In this document: piece after piece, positions 9,677 through 19,644 of the stretch | Layout of the letters: each line of letters starts with the position of its first letter | Position numbering within the stretch: position 1 is the first letter of the stretch | Source of the DNA: Chloroflexota bacterium | Lineage (GTDB): Bacteria; Chloroflexota; UBA11872; VXOZ01 | Assembly: GCA_964291655.2 (NCBI GenBank) | Contig: OZ219802.1 | Span: forward strand, 2,112,001-2,176,000 | Length of the DNA: 64,000 bases | Direction: 5' to 3' | Program-made: the position numbers and the translations under genes | The notes under the pieces: model-generated | Seen by the model: only the letters and a program-made list of their open reading frames with translations | Databases searched by the model: none | Told to the model about the DNA's origin: nothing

Positions 9677-10873
9677 TTAGTATTGTATCGGCACCAGGCC
9701 GCCGCCATTAGCCGCAGACTCCAGCACCGCATCGCAGATCACGGCGGCGCGGTAGCCATCCTCGAAGTCGGCGGCATAAGGGGCAACGGCCGTATCGTTC
9801 ACGATGGCGTCCAGCAGGTGGGTGAGTTCGTGGACGAAGGTGTGCTCCCAGCCGATAATGTGGCCGTGGGGCCACCAGTATTTCCAGAAAGGGTGGTCGG
9901 CCTCGGTGACCAGCACCCGGCGGAAGCCCTGGGTTTGTGCGCCCGGTTCGCTGTCGCTCAGATGGACTTCAAGCTCGTTCAGGCGCTCCAGATCGAAGAC
10001 GATGCTGCCTTTCGAGCCGTTAATCTCGATGCGCTGGTGGTTCTTGCGGCCGTTGGCGTAGCGGCTGGCTTCCAGGGTGCCGATTGCGCCGTTCTCAAAC
10101 TGCACCAGCGATACGAAGGCATCGTCCACGTCCACGGTATCGCGGCCGCCGTCGTCGGTGGGGCGTTCCTTGATGAAGGTCTGCGTGAGCCCTGAAATTG
10201 CCGTCGGCTCTCCAACGAGGAAGCGCGCCAGATCGATGATGTGCGCGCCCAGATCTCCCAGCGCGCCGCTGCCGGCGAGGTCTTTCTTCAAACGCCAGAC
10301 CATGGGAAACTGCGGGTCCATGATCCACTCCTGCAAATAGACCGCCCGGAAGTGGTAAATCTGGCCCAACTCGCCGCGCTCGATCATCTCGCGGGCCAGC
10401 CGCAAGGCCGGCACAAAGCGGTAATTAAACGCGCAGGCGTGCTTGACCCCGGCTTTCTGCACGGCCTCCAACATCGGCTTGGCCTCCGCGGCCGTGCGCG
10501 CCAGCGGCTTTTCGCAGATGATGTGCTTGCCGGCCTCGGCGGCGGCGATGCAGGGCTCGGCGTGGGTGTCATTGGGGCCGCCGTTGTCGAAGAGCTGGAT
10601 GGCGTCGTCCTGGATGAGTTCGCGCCAGTCCGTACAGTAGCGCTGGTAGCCGTAGCGGGCGGCGGCCTCCTGCACCGCGGCCTCATTGCGTCCACAAAGC
10701 GCAACAAGCGCGGGTACGGCCGGCAGAGGGTCCACCATGTAGGGAATCTTGCGCAGGGCGTTGCTGTGGGCCTTGCCCATGAAGGCGTAGCCTAACATCC
10801 CCACGCCTATCTCCGGCACGTCCTCTCGCCCGGACGACTGCCCCATGGTGACAAAACCAACGTCTTCAGACAT
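9677..10873 (-). CDS. Gfo/Idh/MocA family oxidoreductase
   Basis: GYAFMGKAH, CEKP, FNYR and GALGDLGAH motifs. Confidence 0.93.
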   Translation of the reverse strand: MSEDVGFVTMGQSSGREDVPEIGVGMLGYAFMGKAHSNALRKIPYMVDPLPAVPALVALCGRNEAAVQEAAARYGYQRYCTDWRELIQDDAIQLFDNGGPNDTHAEPCIAAAEAGKHIICEKPLARTAAEAKPMLEAVQKAGVKHACAFNYRFVPALRLAREMIERGELGQIYHFRAVYLQEWIMDPQFPMVWRLKKDLAGSGALGDLGAHIIDLARFLVGEPTAISGLTQTFIKERPTDDGGRDTVDVDDAFVSLVQFENGAIGTLEASRYANGRKNHQRIEINGSKGSIVFDLERLNELEVHLSDSEPGAQTQGFRRVLVTEADHPFWKYWWPHGHIIGWEHTFVHELTHLLDAIVNDTAVAPYAADFEDGYRAAVICDAVLESAANGGGLVPIQY

Positions 10874-11258
10874 AGCGTTCCTCCGTGGTTGTTGGTTGAT
10901 AGTTGAGACAATGGTGACTCTAAGGACGGTAGTTCGTCAATGGGAAAGAAAAGTGGCGGCGAATTGTCCGTCATACCGATGAGAGGCCGTTAGCGGCATC
11001 CGTCATTTGTATGTTAGAAATGGTGGACATATGAGCGAATGTACGTGGGCAACGCAAGGGGCGAGTCGTCCGTCAATCCCGTGAAAACGGGAATCCATCT
11101 TCTCTGCCTCAGTCGCCAGGTGAGGCAGCCAGGAGCGGGGGACAAGCCCCCGCGCTACGAAAGATGAGGTGGAACACATTCCGCCGATCCCGCGCAAGCG
11201 AGAATCTGCGAGGCTGCACCCTTCATGTCTCAGTACGTGTCTTTTCGATTGAAACCGC

Positions 11259-13049
11259 TTAACGCCGCCATTCGGCGATATTCCACGTCTCGCCGTCCCA
11301 GGCGTTGGCTCTGACCCCCCGCAACGTATGCAGGGTTGCCGAAACCGAGCCCCGGTTCACGAGGGGAATCGCGTAGTAGTTCTGAATGAAGATATCGTTG
11401 AGTTGCTTGACCAGCGCCTCGCGCTCCGGTCCGATGGGGGTTTGGGCGAGTAGGGCATGGGTCTCATCGTACTCCGCATTGCACATGCGGGCGTTATTGC
11501 CGCTGGACCAACCGTTGTCACGTGCCTGGACATTACTGCAAAGCCCTCTTGAGAGGTATTGCTGAGGATCTATTCCAGAACTCTCAGTGTACATCTGTAC
11601 GTCCGCGAAGAATCGGAGGTACGACTCCTCCTCATGAACGGCCGGGTCACCGCCAAAGAAGAGGCCGGCGTCGTGTTGAATGAGCACGGTCTCGATACCG
11701 ATCTCGCGCCACCATTCTTGGATCAGGGCTTGGGTCGACTGCCTGATAGAGTTTTCGGTGGTCTGATACGTAATCCGCAGGGGAACGCCATTGTATTCGC
11801 GAATGCCGTCGCCATCATTATCGACGACACCATTCTCGTCCAGCAGTTTCTTGGCGCCCGCAATGTCTTGCACCGGACAGTCTTCATGCGCAGTCGAAGC
11901 GTAATTGGCAGGCGCTACGACCAGGTTGCAGGCGGGCGTTGCGGTGAAACCATAGAGTTGGTCAGCGATGAGGATGCGGTCTATCGCCAGGGACATCGCT
12001 TGGGCGATGGGTGTGAACGTCAGGAACGGATGGGGGTTCTGCCCATCGAGATACTCAGAGCGGTCGTCACCCAGCGCGGGGTCCGGATTTGTCTGGTTCA
12101 GGACGATGCGCTCGATCCGGCTGGCGAAAACCGTGGTCACCGTGCCGAGTCCGTTCGCCTCCATCTCTTGTAGAACGTCTGGCTCCACCTGCATGTTCCA
12201 CGCGTGATCGACATCACCCGTCACGAGGACGGACCGCGCCGCCTCCAGCGCGTCGCCGCCGCCCTGCAGGATCACCCGGTCGAAGTAGGCCGGTTCCTCA
12301 TGGTAGTAGGGGTTGCGCTCGTACATCGCGCCTTCGTTGGGTGAAAACGACACGATGCGGTACGCGCCGGTGCCCAAAGGCACGGCGTTCTGCGCTTCAC
12401 AGGTTCTGGCGGCCGCGCCGACGCAGTCGGCAAACTGTACCCGGCTGATTATGGGCGTGTCGGCGCTGACGAAAGCCGTGTAGGGATAGGGCGTCGGTTT
12501 GTCAAAAGTAATCTTCACCGTGTGTTCATCGAGGGCTTCGACAGCGACTATGCCGGCAAACGTGTCTCGCTTGGTGCAGCCGGTCGCTTCATCGGCACAG
12601 TAGCGCCACGTGAACACCGCGTCATCGGCCGTCATGGCGCTGCCGTCCGACCAGCGCACACCGGCTTTCAACTTCCACGTAATTGTCAGCAGGTCTTGGG
12701 AGACGCCGCCGTTCTCCAGCGTGGGGATTTCTACGGCCAGTCTCGGCACGAGGTTGCCGTCCGGATCATAGTTTGCCAGCGGTTCCAAGGTAATTGCACC
12801 TGCGTCCCTATCCTTGAATCCGGCGGCGAGATACGGGAACGGCAAGGTAGGCGCTTGCCAATAGCGAATGGTAAGGACTTGCTCTTCCTCCGGGGTTGCC
12901 GGTGGCGCGGAGGTGACCGTGCCCGGCGCCATGCTTGCGCCGCTGCAAGCAATGAGCAGGAGCGCAATTAGAGTTGCGAGGGCTGGCAGGATAAAGCGAA
13001 TCACGGCAAAGAGCTCTCCTTTGAGGTTAGCCAATTTGGTTGTCAGCAT
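11259..13049 (-). CDS. Peptide/nickel-type ABC transporter substrate-binding lipoprotein (family 5)
   Basis: Lipobox LLIAC; LKAGVRWSDG...TADDAVFTW and GTGAY family-5 signature. Confidence 0.9.
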   Translation of the reverse strand: MLTTKLANLKGELFAVIRFILPALATLIALLLIACSGASMAPGTVTSAPPATPEEEQVLTIRYWQAPTLPFPYLAAGFKDRDAGAITLEPLANYDPDGNLVPRLAVEIPTLENGGVSQDLLTITWKLKAGVRWSDGSAMTADDAVFTWRYCADEATGCTKRDTFAGIVAVEALDEHTVKITFDKPTPYPYTAFVSADTPIISRVQFADCVGAAARTCEAQNAVPLGTGAYRIVSFSPNEGAMYERNPYYHEEPAYFDRVILQGGGDALEAARSVLVTGDVDHAWNMQVEPDVLQEMEANGLGTVTTVFASRIERIVLNQTNPDPALGDDRSEYLDGQNPHPFLTFTPIAQAMSLAIDRILIADQLYGFTATPACNLVVAPANYASTAHEDCPVQDIAGAKKLLDENGVVDNDGDGIREYNGVPLRITYQTTENSIRQSTQALIQEWWREIGIETVLIQHDAGLFFGGDPAVHEEESYLRFFADVQMYTESSGIDPQQYLSRGLCSNVQARDNGWSSGNNARMCNAEYDETHALLAQTPIGPEREALVKQLNDIFIQNYYAIPLVNRGSVSATLHTLRGVRANAWDGETWNIAEWRR

Positions 13050-13120
13050 GTTCTAGGCAGGCTCAACCCTGTGCACATGCACCAGAGTGTGCCGGGAAAC
13101 TGCGCGTAACGCGGCAGCTT

Positions 13121-14065
13121 CTAGCGCGCCACTGCCGCAGCAACCCCGGCGTTTGCCTTCGCCACAAATGGCGCCATGTATTCCTGGAACTGCCGCGCGT
13201 AGGCATCCAGGTTGTCCAAATTGCCGCCGTCGCGCAGGGATGAGCACATCTCGTAGGCCACCGTGCCGGTGTAGCCTTCCGCGATGAGGGTGTCGAAGAA
13301 CGTCTCGTAATCGATGAGCCCTTCGCCCATGGCCACCCCCAGCATGCGCGCGGGTTCCGCGACATAGTTCACCAATGCCGGCTCGTAGCGGTAGCGGGGC
13401 AGCGCGACGTAGTCGGCCACAGTGGTGTACGCCATGAAGGGTGTCATGCGACGCACTGCCGCGGCCAGCGCCTCGCCGTGCAAGCCCTGCACCGCAGGTG
13501 ACCACGCGTCGAAGGCTGCCCGGCAGTTGGGGTGGTCTACTTCGCTGAGAAGTTGATACATGCTCTCGTAATCGACAGCAAAGTCATGATGATTCTGGAC
13601 GGTGAGCACCACGCCAAAGTCGGCGGCCAGGCGCGCTGCTTCCCGCAGGCCGGTGACCACGCTCGTCCAGCCCGCATCGTATGAGAGACCGTCACGCTCG
13701 TAGCCGGTGAAGACGCGGATGGCGGGACAGTCAAGATCGCGGGCGAGGCCCGCAAGTTCGGCGATGTAGACGATCTGGTGCTCCCAGAAGGGCACGTCAG
13801 GCCGTTCGGGGCCGACGGTAAAGTCGTTGTACCCAGCCAAAGAATGCACGCTGAGGCCGTGCTCCGCCAGCAGCGCGCGCAGGGCCTGCCGCTTCTCGGG
13901 CTGATGCGACGGATAGTCAAGCAGCGAGAGATGCGGCCGCTTGGCCACGAGCATGACGCCTGTGAACCCAAGCGCCGCCGCGCGGGGAATGAACTCTTCG
14001 AGCGTCAATCGCTCTTGTCCCGGCCATACGCCGGCGTAGCTGACCGAATGTAATGCGAGTTGCAT
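13121..14065 (-). CDS. Sugar phosphate isomerase/epimerase family TIM barrel
   Basis: IRVF, QNHHD, GEGLIDY and AYEMC motifs. Confidence 0.85.
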   Translation of the reverse strand: MQLALHSVSYAGVWPGQERLTLEEFIPRAAALGFTGVMLVAKRPHLSLLDYPSHQPEKRQALRALLAEHGLSVHSLAGYNDFTVGPERPDVPFWEHQIVYIAELAGLARDLDCPAIRVFTGYERDGLSYDAGWTSVVTGLREAARLAADFGVVLTVQNHHDFAVDYESMYQLLSEVDHPNCRAAFDAWSPAVQGLHGEALAAAVRRMTPFMAYTTVADYVALPRYRYEPALVNYVAEPARMLGVAMGEGLIDYETFFDTLIAEGYTGTVAYEMCSSLRDGGNLDNLDAYARQFQEYMAPFVAKANAGVAAAVAR

Positions 14066-14153
14066 GTAAATTCCTCCATGTTACCGAGCGATCGCTCACT
14101 ACCGAACGAGACTAACTCCAAGCGTAGCATCGTTGCCATTGACGCGTTAGATT

Positions 14154-16781
14154 CTAGGAAGGACGAATCTCCTCCGTTGGCTCACCATTTGTCAGGGGAG
14201 TATTCTCTTCCAGGCCGTTTTCCGTTACTGTCGGTGCAAGATTTGTAGCCTGTCGGGTTGCCACGGCGGCCTTGCTTTGGGATTCTGTCGCAGTCAGGGG
14301 GCTGTCCGCGCTGCCTTGTGGCGCACCGTCTGCGCCGGCTTCCGCGCTGTGTCGTGGTGGGGGGTCCCCGTTGGCCGGGGTGTTGGTTTCGGGCGTCTTG
14401 TCTTGCGCAGATTGTGCAGAGCCGCCTGCTGCCGGCGTGGCCGGAGGATTCGGCGTAGCTGGCGCGTTCAGGGGCTGTGCCGCGGGAGGGGCTATTCGAG
14501 GGCTTTGCGACTCAGTTGGCTGCGCTGTTTTCGAGGTCTCGTCTTTAGATTCGGTAGGTGCATCTTCGGGGGTGCTGCCGGTAGCCGAAGGAACCTCTCC
14601 AGCAGTGCCGCCGCCTTCCAAAGCTATCTGGGCGACACGCAGCAATTGCGCCCGCAGGAGGTCGTTTTCTGACCGCAGTGCACGCAGGGATTCCTCCTCG
14701 AGTTTCGCCTGCATCTCCTTAGCCAGAATCGCCGCTTGTTGAGCCAGAGCGGTTTCCATCTGCTTTTGCTGCGTCTGGTCGCGTACTACGCAAATGAATT
14801 GCTCGTCCGTCAGCGCCGCCACGCCGCCCGCGAGCACTTGACCGCCAACCGGATGGCACGTGAAGCGGTGCGGCTGTCCGTCACTTTGCGCACGCTCGAC
14901 AGCCGCCATCAATTGGGACGCCAAGTCAACCGGCAGTACCTCCCGTACTCTGGCATCTACTAAGCACTCTCCGTCACGCGGGCCGAAACTTTCGGCGGGC
15001 TTGCACTCCAAAATGGTGCCGTCCGTCCGCAGGCGGAGCACCAGGTCGGGCAGGAGCGTTTGCAAGATGCGCACGGAGGTCTCCGCTTGGGTCAGCGCGG
15101 ATGCCTGCTCGGCATTCAGCCGCTCCAGGTGCGCGCGCAAGGCCTGATTCTCTTCTTCACTCACCTGCAACTGCGCCGTTGTGTCCTTCAATTCCGTAAT
15201 GTCGCGCAGCAGGCAGAGCACCGCGTCATCGGTATGGGGCGCGACGCGCACCGCCAAGACCTGACCGCTCTGCCGCAAGAATGACAGCTCCTGCACCGCG
15301 TTGCTTGCCAGCGACGCTGCTGCCGCTTGTACCAGCGGCGTCACGTCATCGCCTTGAAAAACGTCTCTCAGGTGCTTACCGGCGAACATGTCCGCGTACG
15401 TCGCCGGCGCTGCGGCGGCCGGCGGCTGCAGGTCTTGGATAGTGCCCGCCCGGGACATGTAAATGAGCCAGTCTCCCGTTACGAGACGCAGGGCATTTGC
15501 CGCGCGGCGCTGCTCATCCAGCTCCTGGACCGCGCGCGTGTGTGCGGTGTGGTCCTGGATGATGCACAGTACCTGATCGGCGGTGTGCGGGGTCACGGAT
15601 CCACCCAGAACCACGCTGCCGTCGGCGGCGATGTGCTGCAGCCGTTCCGTCTTGCCCGCTTGGAGGACACGGGCAACGGCGGCCATAATCGATTCGGCTT
15701 GGTCGGACGGCAGGACCGCACGGACATTCTTGCCCAGGAATTCGCTCGGCATGGCAGAGGGACCGAAGTCGGCGGCCGGTTTCCAGTCGGTTATGGCGCC
15801 GTCGCTGCGCAGGCCGACCAGCAGTCCCTCGGTGGCGTTGCGTAGCGCGCGATGGCTGGCTTGGAGGTCGCGCAGGGCGAGTTCCGGGCTGCGGGCGGGT
15901 TTTTCTGCCGCGGCGCTGGTGGGCTCGGCGGCATCTGCGGCAAGCGGCCTAGGTGTTCTTTCCGCTGCTACTGTGGCTGCCGGTCGCGCGGCAACTCTCG
16001 GGACAACCCCGGCGATCACACAGAGATAACTCGCCAGCGTCAGGACTTGTGATAGGAGAAGTACCGCCCCGGACGGCCACGCTTGGAGTAGTGGAAAGCG
16101 CGCCAGGGCAACGAGAGTCACAATGAGGGCGAGCAGCAGCCAGCGGTCGAACGGGTCCGCGCGCCACCGGGCCCTCCGCAGAAGCCCTGCAATGCCGGTG
16201 ACTGTCAATGCCGTCACAAGCAGGAGTTCCGGCTGGGCCGCAAGCGGCGAGATTGGTTGTCCCAGTATCTCCACCAGGTGGCTGGATTGTGGCACCGGGA
16301 AGACCAGCGCGCCGACAGCTACGATGAACGCGAGCGTGGCGGCAGCGAAAAATATGCCTGCGGGTTGCGCGGTGGAAGGGCGGCTCTGCCTGCTCGCAAG
16401 CAGACTCAAGACAAGAAAGAGACAAACGAAGAGCGTGGGGATAAGTTGACCACGCAACACGGAGGCTGCGCCAATCAGGGAATCGGCGGGACCAAATACT
16501 CCGGCGTACGCCGCAAAGTGATAGAGGTGCAGCGCGGCAGCAACCCACAGTCCCGCGCTGATAAGCAGCAGTGCATCGCGCTGTTCCGTGCGAAACCGCT
16601 GCAAGGCCAGTTCCCCGCCGATCAGCGCAGCCGCTGTGGCGAGGATTCCGCCAAAGGCATAGAGGGCTTCACCGGCAGTTGCAAAGGTGTTGAAGCGCGC
16701 GGCATACACTGCCGCCAAGATGACAAAGGCTGCGGCATACGCGGCGGTGCGCCTCGGATTATTCTGCAAGACTGCCAGCAT
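14154..16781 (-). CDS. Membrane protein with three PAS-like domains and no output domain
   Basis: About 8 N-terminal TM helices, then three ~100-aa repeats ending in LCIIQDHT/LCLLRDIT/ICVVRDQT; coiled coil; disordered tail. Start moved to ATG 16781 because the upstream ORF extension is REP DNA. Confidence 0.75.
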   Translation of the reverse strand: MLAVLQNNPRRTAAYAAAFVILAAVYAARFNTFATAGEALYAFGGILATAAALIGGELALQRFRTEQRDALLLISAGLWVAAALHLYHFAAYAGVFGPADSLIGAASVLRGQLIPTLFVCLFLVLSLLASRQSRPSTAQPAGIFFAAATLAFIVAVGALVFPVPQSSHLVEILGQPISPLAAQPELLLVTALTVTGIAGLLRRARWRADPFDRWLLLALIVTLVALARFPLLQAWPSGAVLLLSQVLTLASYLCVIAGVVPRVAARPAATVAAERTPRPLAADAAEPTSAAAEKPARSPELALRDLQASHRALRNATEGLLVGLRSDGAITDWKPAADFGPSAMPSEFLGKNVRAVLPSDQAESIMAAVARVLQAGKTERLQHIAADGSVVLGGSVTPHTADQVLCIIQDHTAHTRAVQELDEQRRAANALRLVTGDWLIYMSRAGTIQDLQPPAAAAPATYADMFAGKHLRDVFQGDDVTPLVQAAAASLASNAVQELSFLRQSGQVLAVRVAPHTDDAVLCLLRDITELKDTTAQLQVSEEENQALRAHLERLNAEQASALTQAETSVRILQTLLPDLVLRLRTDGTILECKPAESFGPRDGECLVDARVREVLPVDLASQLMAAVERAQSDGQPHRFTCHPVGGQVLAGGVAALTDEQFICVVRDQTQQKQMETALAQQAAILAKEMQAKLEEESLRALRSENDLLRAQLLRVAQIALEGGGTAGEVPSATGSTPEDAPTESKDETSKTAQPTESQSPRIAPPAAQPLNAPATPNPPATPAAGGSAQSAQDKTPETNTPANGDPPPRHSAEAGADGAPQGSADSPLTATESQSKAAVATRQATNLAPTVTENGLEENTPLTNGEPTEEIRPS

Positions 16782-16810
16782 AAGTGAAGTTCGCTTTGCT
16801 CGTTTCCAAC

Positions 16811-17115
16811 TACCGTGCCAAGACGGCTGCGTCGCCAAGTGGCGGGGGACGAGCCCCCGCGTTACGCCTGATATCGCGCCGTGGCGACCACGTTGCTCAG
16901 AGGCGGGGGACAAGCCCCCGCGGTACGTCGGACACCGTGTCAAGGCGGCTGCGTTGCCAAGAGGCGGGGGACGAGCCCCCGCGCTACGCCGGATACCGTG
17001 TCAAGACGGCCGTGTTGCCAAGAGGCGGGGGACAAGCCCCCGCGCTACGCCCCGGATACCGTGCCGAGGCGGCTGTGTCGCCAAGAGGCGGGGGACAAGC
17101 CCCCGCTACGCCGGA
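16811..17115. repeat. Tandem array of five ~61-bp units, each carrying a GTAG-type REP hairpin
   Basis: Units start at 16811, 16872, 16933, 16994 and 17057; core GCGGGGGAC(A/G)AGCCCCCGCGCTAC; solo copies at ~11135, ~20475 and 24567. Confidence 0.9.
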
Positions 17116-17219
17116 AACTGCGCACGCAGTTCCGGTCACGGACGATGTGGGAAACTTTCGTCGCGGTCACGTGCATGCCGCGGAGCGCGTGACCTGAGCT
17201 ATCTGGGCGACGGCGACGA

Positions 17220-18098
17220 CTAGCAATTGACGTCTTTGCCCTCACTCCCGAACACCGCCATGCGTTCTTCCTGCTCGGTCTTCTCGGTGCCGGCCGGAAT
17301 GAAGTGGAACTGGAGCGCCCGGCGCCGGCTCTCGCTGCGGTTTGCCGGCGTGCCGTGGTGCATGAGGCCGTCGAAGAACAGCACGCCGCCGGGCGGCAGC
17401 GGCACCGCTACATCGCGGTTGAGGTCGAGGTGTTCGTCGCAAATCTGCCAATCGCGCCGCCGAAAGTGCACCACCGGGCCTTCTCTATGGGTGCCGGGCT
17501 TCACGTGCATGCAGCCATTCTCGAGCGTAGCCGCATCCAGCGCCGTCCACGTGCCGACAATCGGCGTGCCCATCGGCAGGTTGAAGAAGGCGTGGTCTTG
17601 GTGCCAGGGCTTTTCACGTCCTATGCCGGGCGGCTTGCTCAGGGCCTGATCGGCAAAGAGTTCCGGCTCGGCTTCCAGCAGGCGGCTGACGACGCGCTGT
17701 AGATTGGGATGCCACGCCATCGCCTTCATGCGCGGCTCAAACTCGACAAAATGCTGGAGTTTGCGCACGCAATCGAGTTGTTGCTCTGGCGGCAAGGTAC
17801 GGACGTATTTCTTGGAGGCAGCCTCGAACTGCACGCCCACAAAATCGGCGTGCTTGCCGATTACGAGAGCCGTAAAGCCAGCCAATGCCGATTCTACCTC
17901 CCGGTCGGTAAACACTCCCTGAATGACCAGGAAGCCGGTTTCCCGATAGAACGCCACGTGCTCATCGGAGAATTCATCGATGCTGGCTATCCCGGTGGCG
18001 CTGTTGTCGAAGCGATAGAGTTGCTCGTTGTAGGGATCGCCCTCATACTGGTCGAACTTTAGTTCTGCGGCGGTTCCCAGTTCCTGAACTTGTGCCAT
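17220..18098 (-). CDS. Phytanoyl-CoA dioxygenase (PhyH) family Fe/2OG dioxygenase
   Basis: PWHQD, WTALDAAT.ENGC, HHGT and RRA motifs. Confidence 0.92.
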   Translation of the reverse strand: MAQVQELGTAAELKFDQYEGDPYNEQLYRFDNSATGIASIDEFSDEHVAFYRETGFLVIQGVFTDREVESALAGFTALVIGKHADFVGVQFEAASKKYVRTLPPEQQLDCVRKLQHFVEFEPRMKAMAWHPNLQRVVSRLLEAEPELFADQALSKPPGIGREKPWHQDHAFFNLPMGTPIVGTWTALDAATLENGCMHVKPGTHREGPVVHFRRRDWQICDEHLDLNRDVAVPLPPGGVLFFDGLMHHGTPANRSESRRRALQFHFIPAGTEKTEQEERMAVFGSEGKDVNC

Positions 18099-18281
18099 TG
18101 TGCTGTCCTCATTCAGCCAAATACTGGGGAATTGGAGGTTTGCTTGCCTTCGATGGTAGAACTGACAATGCCTACTGTCAAGCTGGAATCTCGGTGCCGA
18201 CTTTGCAACGGCGTGAACATAGTGAGTTGTGCTGATGGAGCGGATTCACCAGCACATTTGGTGGCCTAAGTTCGAGTCTAG

Positions 18282-19340
18282 CTACAGCCAACGGTCGAAC
18301 CAATCGAACGCCTTGGCGCCGCTGAAAGCATGGCCGCCGGGATGCAGGTCCAAGTCCAGTCTATCGGTAACGCCGGCTGCGGCGAAGATGCGTTCCACGT
18401 CAGCATAACAGCGCAGGGCGTCATCCTTCACAAAGCAGTCGTCCAGTTCGCCGACTTCGACGAGGCACGGGCGCGGCGCAATCAGACCGGCCACGGACGC
18501 AATGTCGCCAAAGGTCAGCAGGCCGCGGGCGAATTGCGAGCCGCAGGTGTTGCCCCGACCGCGATGGCCGATGGCGTCCTCTAACGTGCTGAGGTAGCAT
18601 ACGATGTCGGCGCAGCGAACGCGTTCGTCCAGGGCCGAAAGGTACGTCGTCATCGTGCCACCGAAGGAGAGGCCGATCATGCCGATGCGATCGGGGTCTA
18701 CATTTGGCAGACCCTGAAGCAGGTCGATACCGCGCATGCCGTCCCAGATGTCGAGCGCGAGTAACTGGAACCCCAGGTAGCCGTAGCCCAGATAGAGCGC
18801 GTTGCAGCCATCCCGGGAGCTGCGCCGCCACTCCTCCGGACCCTTTCGCTCGCCGAAGCCGCGCCAGTCGGGGGCCAGGCAGACGTAGCCGCGCTCGGCA
18901 AGCTGCTGGGCGTAGTTGACGCCGGACTGCCGTTCCTTCTGTTGCGCATAGTTGGGATCGTCCGGTGGAGGCAAGATTCCTGCGGGGTCATCCTTGCCAC
19001 GTCCGTGACCGTGGGCGCAGAGTATGGCCGGCCGCCGTTCGCCATCCTTGATGTCCTTGGGCGTGAAGAGCCAGGCGGGCACGGTGGCAAAGGCCTCGCT
19101 GTCGTAAAGGACTTTCTCCCGCACGTAGCTGCCCTCGTCGTGGCGCTCGACCACCTCGACATTGAGCGGCACGGCATCGGGATACGGGCCGATCATCTCG
19201 CGCACCTGGATCAACGTACGCTCATGCCATGCGCGCCACTCCGCCGCAGTAGACGGCAGCGCCAGGGGCGCCGCGGTCGCTTTGGCGCGGGCAATCAGCC
19301 CTTCTACGGGGTCAATGTACGGTCGCGAACTGACACTCAT
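18282..19340 (-). CDS. Alpha/beta hydrolase (dienelactone hydrolase / acetyl esterase-like)
   Basis: HGHG, GLSFGG nucleophile elbow, C-terminal GGH; start set at ATG 19340 because the upstream extension is MITE DNA. Confidence 0.88.
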   Translation of the reverse strand: MSVSSRPYIDPVEGLIARAKATAAPLALPSTAAEWRAWHERTLIQVREMIGPYPDAVPLNVEVVERHDEGSYVREKVLYDSEAFATVPAWLFTPKDIKDGERRPAILCAHGHGRGKDDPAGILPPPDDPNYAQQKERQSGVNYAQQLAERGYVCLAPDWRGFGERKGPEEWRRSSRDGCNALYLGYGYLGFQLLALDIWDGMRGIDLLQGLPNVDPDRIGMIGLSFGGTMTTYLSALDERVRCADIVCYLSTLEDAIGHRGRGNTCGSQFARGLLTFGDIASVAGLIAPRPCLVEVGELDDCFVKDDALRCYADVERIFAAAGVTDRLDLDLHPGGHAFSGAKAFDWFDRWL

Positions 19341-19355
19341 GCTCTCTTCCTCCTG

Positions 19356-19590
19356 GAGACCTTTACGTAACCCTAGCGGATGTGAGAAAAGTCCCCTCTC
19401 CCTCGATGGGAGAGGGCTAGGGTGAGGGTGGTTCTCCTGAAATCCCTCTATATGCACTCCGATTCTGCGCTGCTATGCGTTGACACTGCACATCGCAAGG
19501 GACCTATGTAGCAAGAAGACCCCTCTCCCCGACCATCTCCCCAGGGAGAGGGAGTCTTTTCGTCTGCAGGCGAGGTCATTCACAGGTCTC
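19356..19590. mobile_element. 235-bp MITE with GAGACC...GGTCTC termini
   Basis: Inverted termini; flanks CTCCTG/CTCCTT look like a target duplication; homologous to 55430-55811. Confidence 0.7.
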
Positions 19591-19644
19591 CTCCTTGGGT
19601 TAGGTAGGCCCGTCAGTCTTCTGCCATGCTACGGCAAGAGCAGT

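Noticed and set aside
16811-17115. CRISPR array
   Set aside because: The spacers are homologous to each other, the repeat core is a dispersed REP, and there are no cas genes
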